In this document: in pieces, positions 34,390-35,012 of the stretch | Position numbering within the stretch: the first letter of the stretch is position 1 | How the letters are laid out: every line of letters begins with the position of its first letter | Assembly: GCA_050256755.1 (NCBI GenBank) | Contig: JBLMVP010000245.1 | Location: forward strand, 1 to 35,012 | From: Sphingobacteriales bacterium | GTDB taxonomy: Bacteria > Bacteroidota > Bacteroidia > Chitinophagales > Chitinophagaceae | DNA: 35,012 nt | Direction: 5' to 3' | The notes under the pieces: model-generated | What the model was told of the DNA's origin: nothing | What the model saw: only the letters and a program-made list of their open reading frames with translations | Database searches by the model: none | Translations under genes and position numbers: made by a program

Positions 34390-34910
34390 AATACAGTGTA
34401 AATAAATCAATAGAAATTCTTGAAAGAACAGCATCGGTTCTTAAAACATTACTTCCCAATCTTCATAATGATTGGGTAAGTAATAATGAAGGCCCAGAAA
34501 CATTTTCACCATACGATGTAATAGGTCATTTAATTCACGGAGAAAAAACAGATTGGGTACCAAGAGCAAAAATTATTTTGGAGCACGGCACAGCAAAACC
34601 ATTTACGCCATGGGACAGGTTTGCACAATTTGAAGAAAGCAAAGGCAAAACATTGCAACAATTACTGGATGAATTTGAAACAGTAAGAAAAGAAAATATA
34701 CTTTGGCTTAAATCATTGAATTTATCGGAGACAGATTTGGATAAAAAAGGAATGCATCCCAGACTTGGAGAAGTAACATTACGAAACCTCTTAGCTACCT
34801 GGGTAGTGCATGATTTAACACATATTGCTCAAATAACAAGGGTGATGGCCAAACAATATAAAGAAGAGATGGGGCCATGGCCTGAATTTTTCCGGATCCT
34901 GAGTTTTTAA
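34386..34910 (+). CDS. DinB-superfamily (DinB_2-like) protein
   Basis: His-triad contexts VIGHLIHGE and WVVHDLTHIAQI, ~174 aa. The ATG overlaps the TfoX_N stop (ATGA). Confidence 0.75.
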   Translation: MKYSVNKSIEILERTASVLKTLLPNLHNDWVSNNEGPETFSPYDVIGHLIHGEKTDWVPRAKIILEHGTAKPFTPWDRFAQFEESKGKTLQQLLDEFETVRKENILWLKSLNLSETDLDKKGMHPRLGEVTLRNLLATWVVHDLTHIAQITRVMAKQYKEEMGPWPEFFRILSF

Positions 34911-34940
34911 TAATTTCAATAGAACCAAAACTCAATCAAC

Positions 34941-35012
34941 ATGATAAAGAGATTCACCTTCTGGCTGTGGGGACTTGTTGTTGTTCAGTTATTAACAGCA
35001 ACTTTCCATTCT
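34941..35012 (+). CDS. 5' end of a membrane/secreted protein gene (partial, runs off the window)
   Basis: ATG at 34941 opens MIKRFTFWLWGLVVVQLLTATFHS..., a hydrophobic N-terminus, and stays open to the window end. Confidence 0.35.
   Translation, partial: MIKRFTFWLWGLVVVQLLTATFHS

Noticed and set aside
1-35012. Window-wide scan for tRNA/rRNA genes, CRISPR arrays, IS elements, integrases, toxin-antitoxin pairs and restriction-modification genes
   Set aside because: I saw no T-loop/acceptor-like conserved motifs, no regularly spaced repeats, no transposase, recombinase or nuclease-like ORFs, and no terminal inverted repeats flanking any segment. A by-eye scan can miss small RNAs.

Overview
This looks like an ordinary chromosomal segment of a Bacteroidota genome, probably Chitinophagia/Sphingobacteriia-like. 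The evidence is two proteins with T9SS C-terminal sorting domains, TAnnTTTG -7 promoter boxes 4-36 nt upstream of many starts, no Shine-Dalgarno motifs, and AT-rich intergenic DNA. I call about 35 protein-coding genes. They are mostly housekeeping or envelope functions: korB, tsaC, rnhB, ctaA, fabH, rpoN, a SulP transporter, an AI-2E transporter, MarR, a GHL10 hydrolase, a DegT aminotransferase, an L,D-transpeptidase-like protein, an SDR, a deoxyhypusine-synthase-like protein, an M3 oligoendopeptidase, and small VOC, TfoX_N and DinB proteins. I found no rRNA, tRNA, CRISPR array, transposase, integrase or recognisable defence genes, so no canonical mobile or defence system is present. The best candidates for undescribed biology are: (1) a tightly coupled operon of an orphan RnfD/NqrB-like membrane protein and a DUF2330-type exported protein (30541-32872); (2) a periplasmic cluster of a TsdA-like diheme cytochrome c flanked by two divergent DsrE-like proteins, one Tat-exported and one Sec-exported (8680-10984); (3) two tandem T9SS cargo paralogs with an unrecognised N-terminal domain and the same inverted repeat bracketing both leaders (476-3390), which sit next to a korB that has no adjacent korA. 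All family assignments come from motif recognition by eye. No searches were run.
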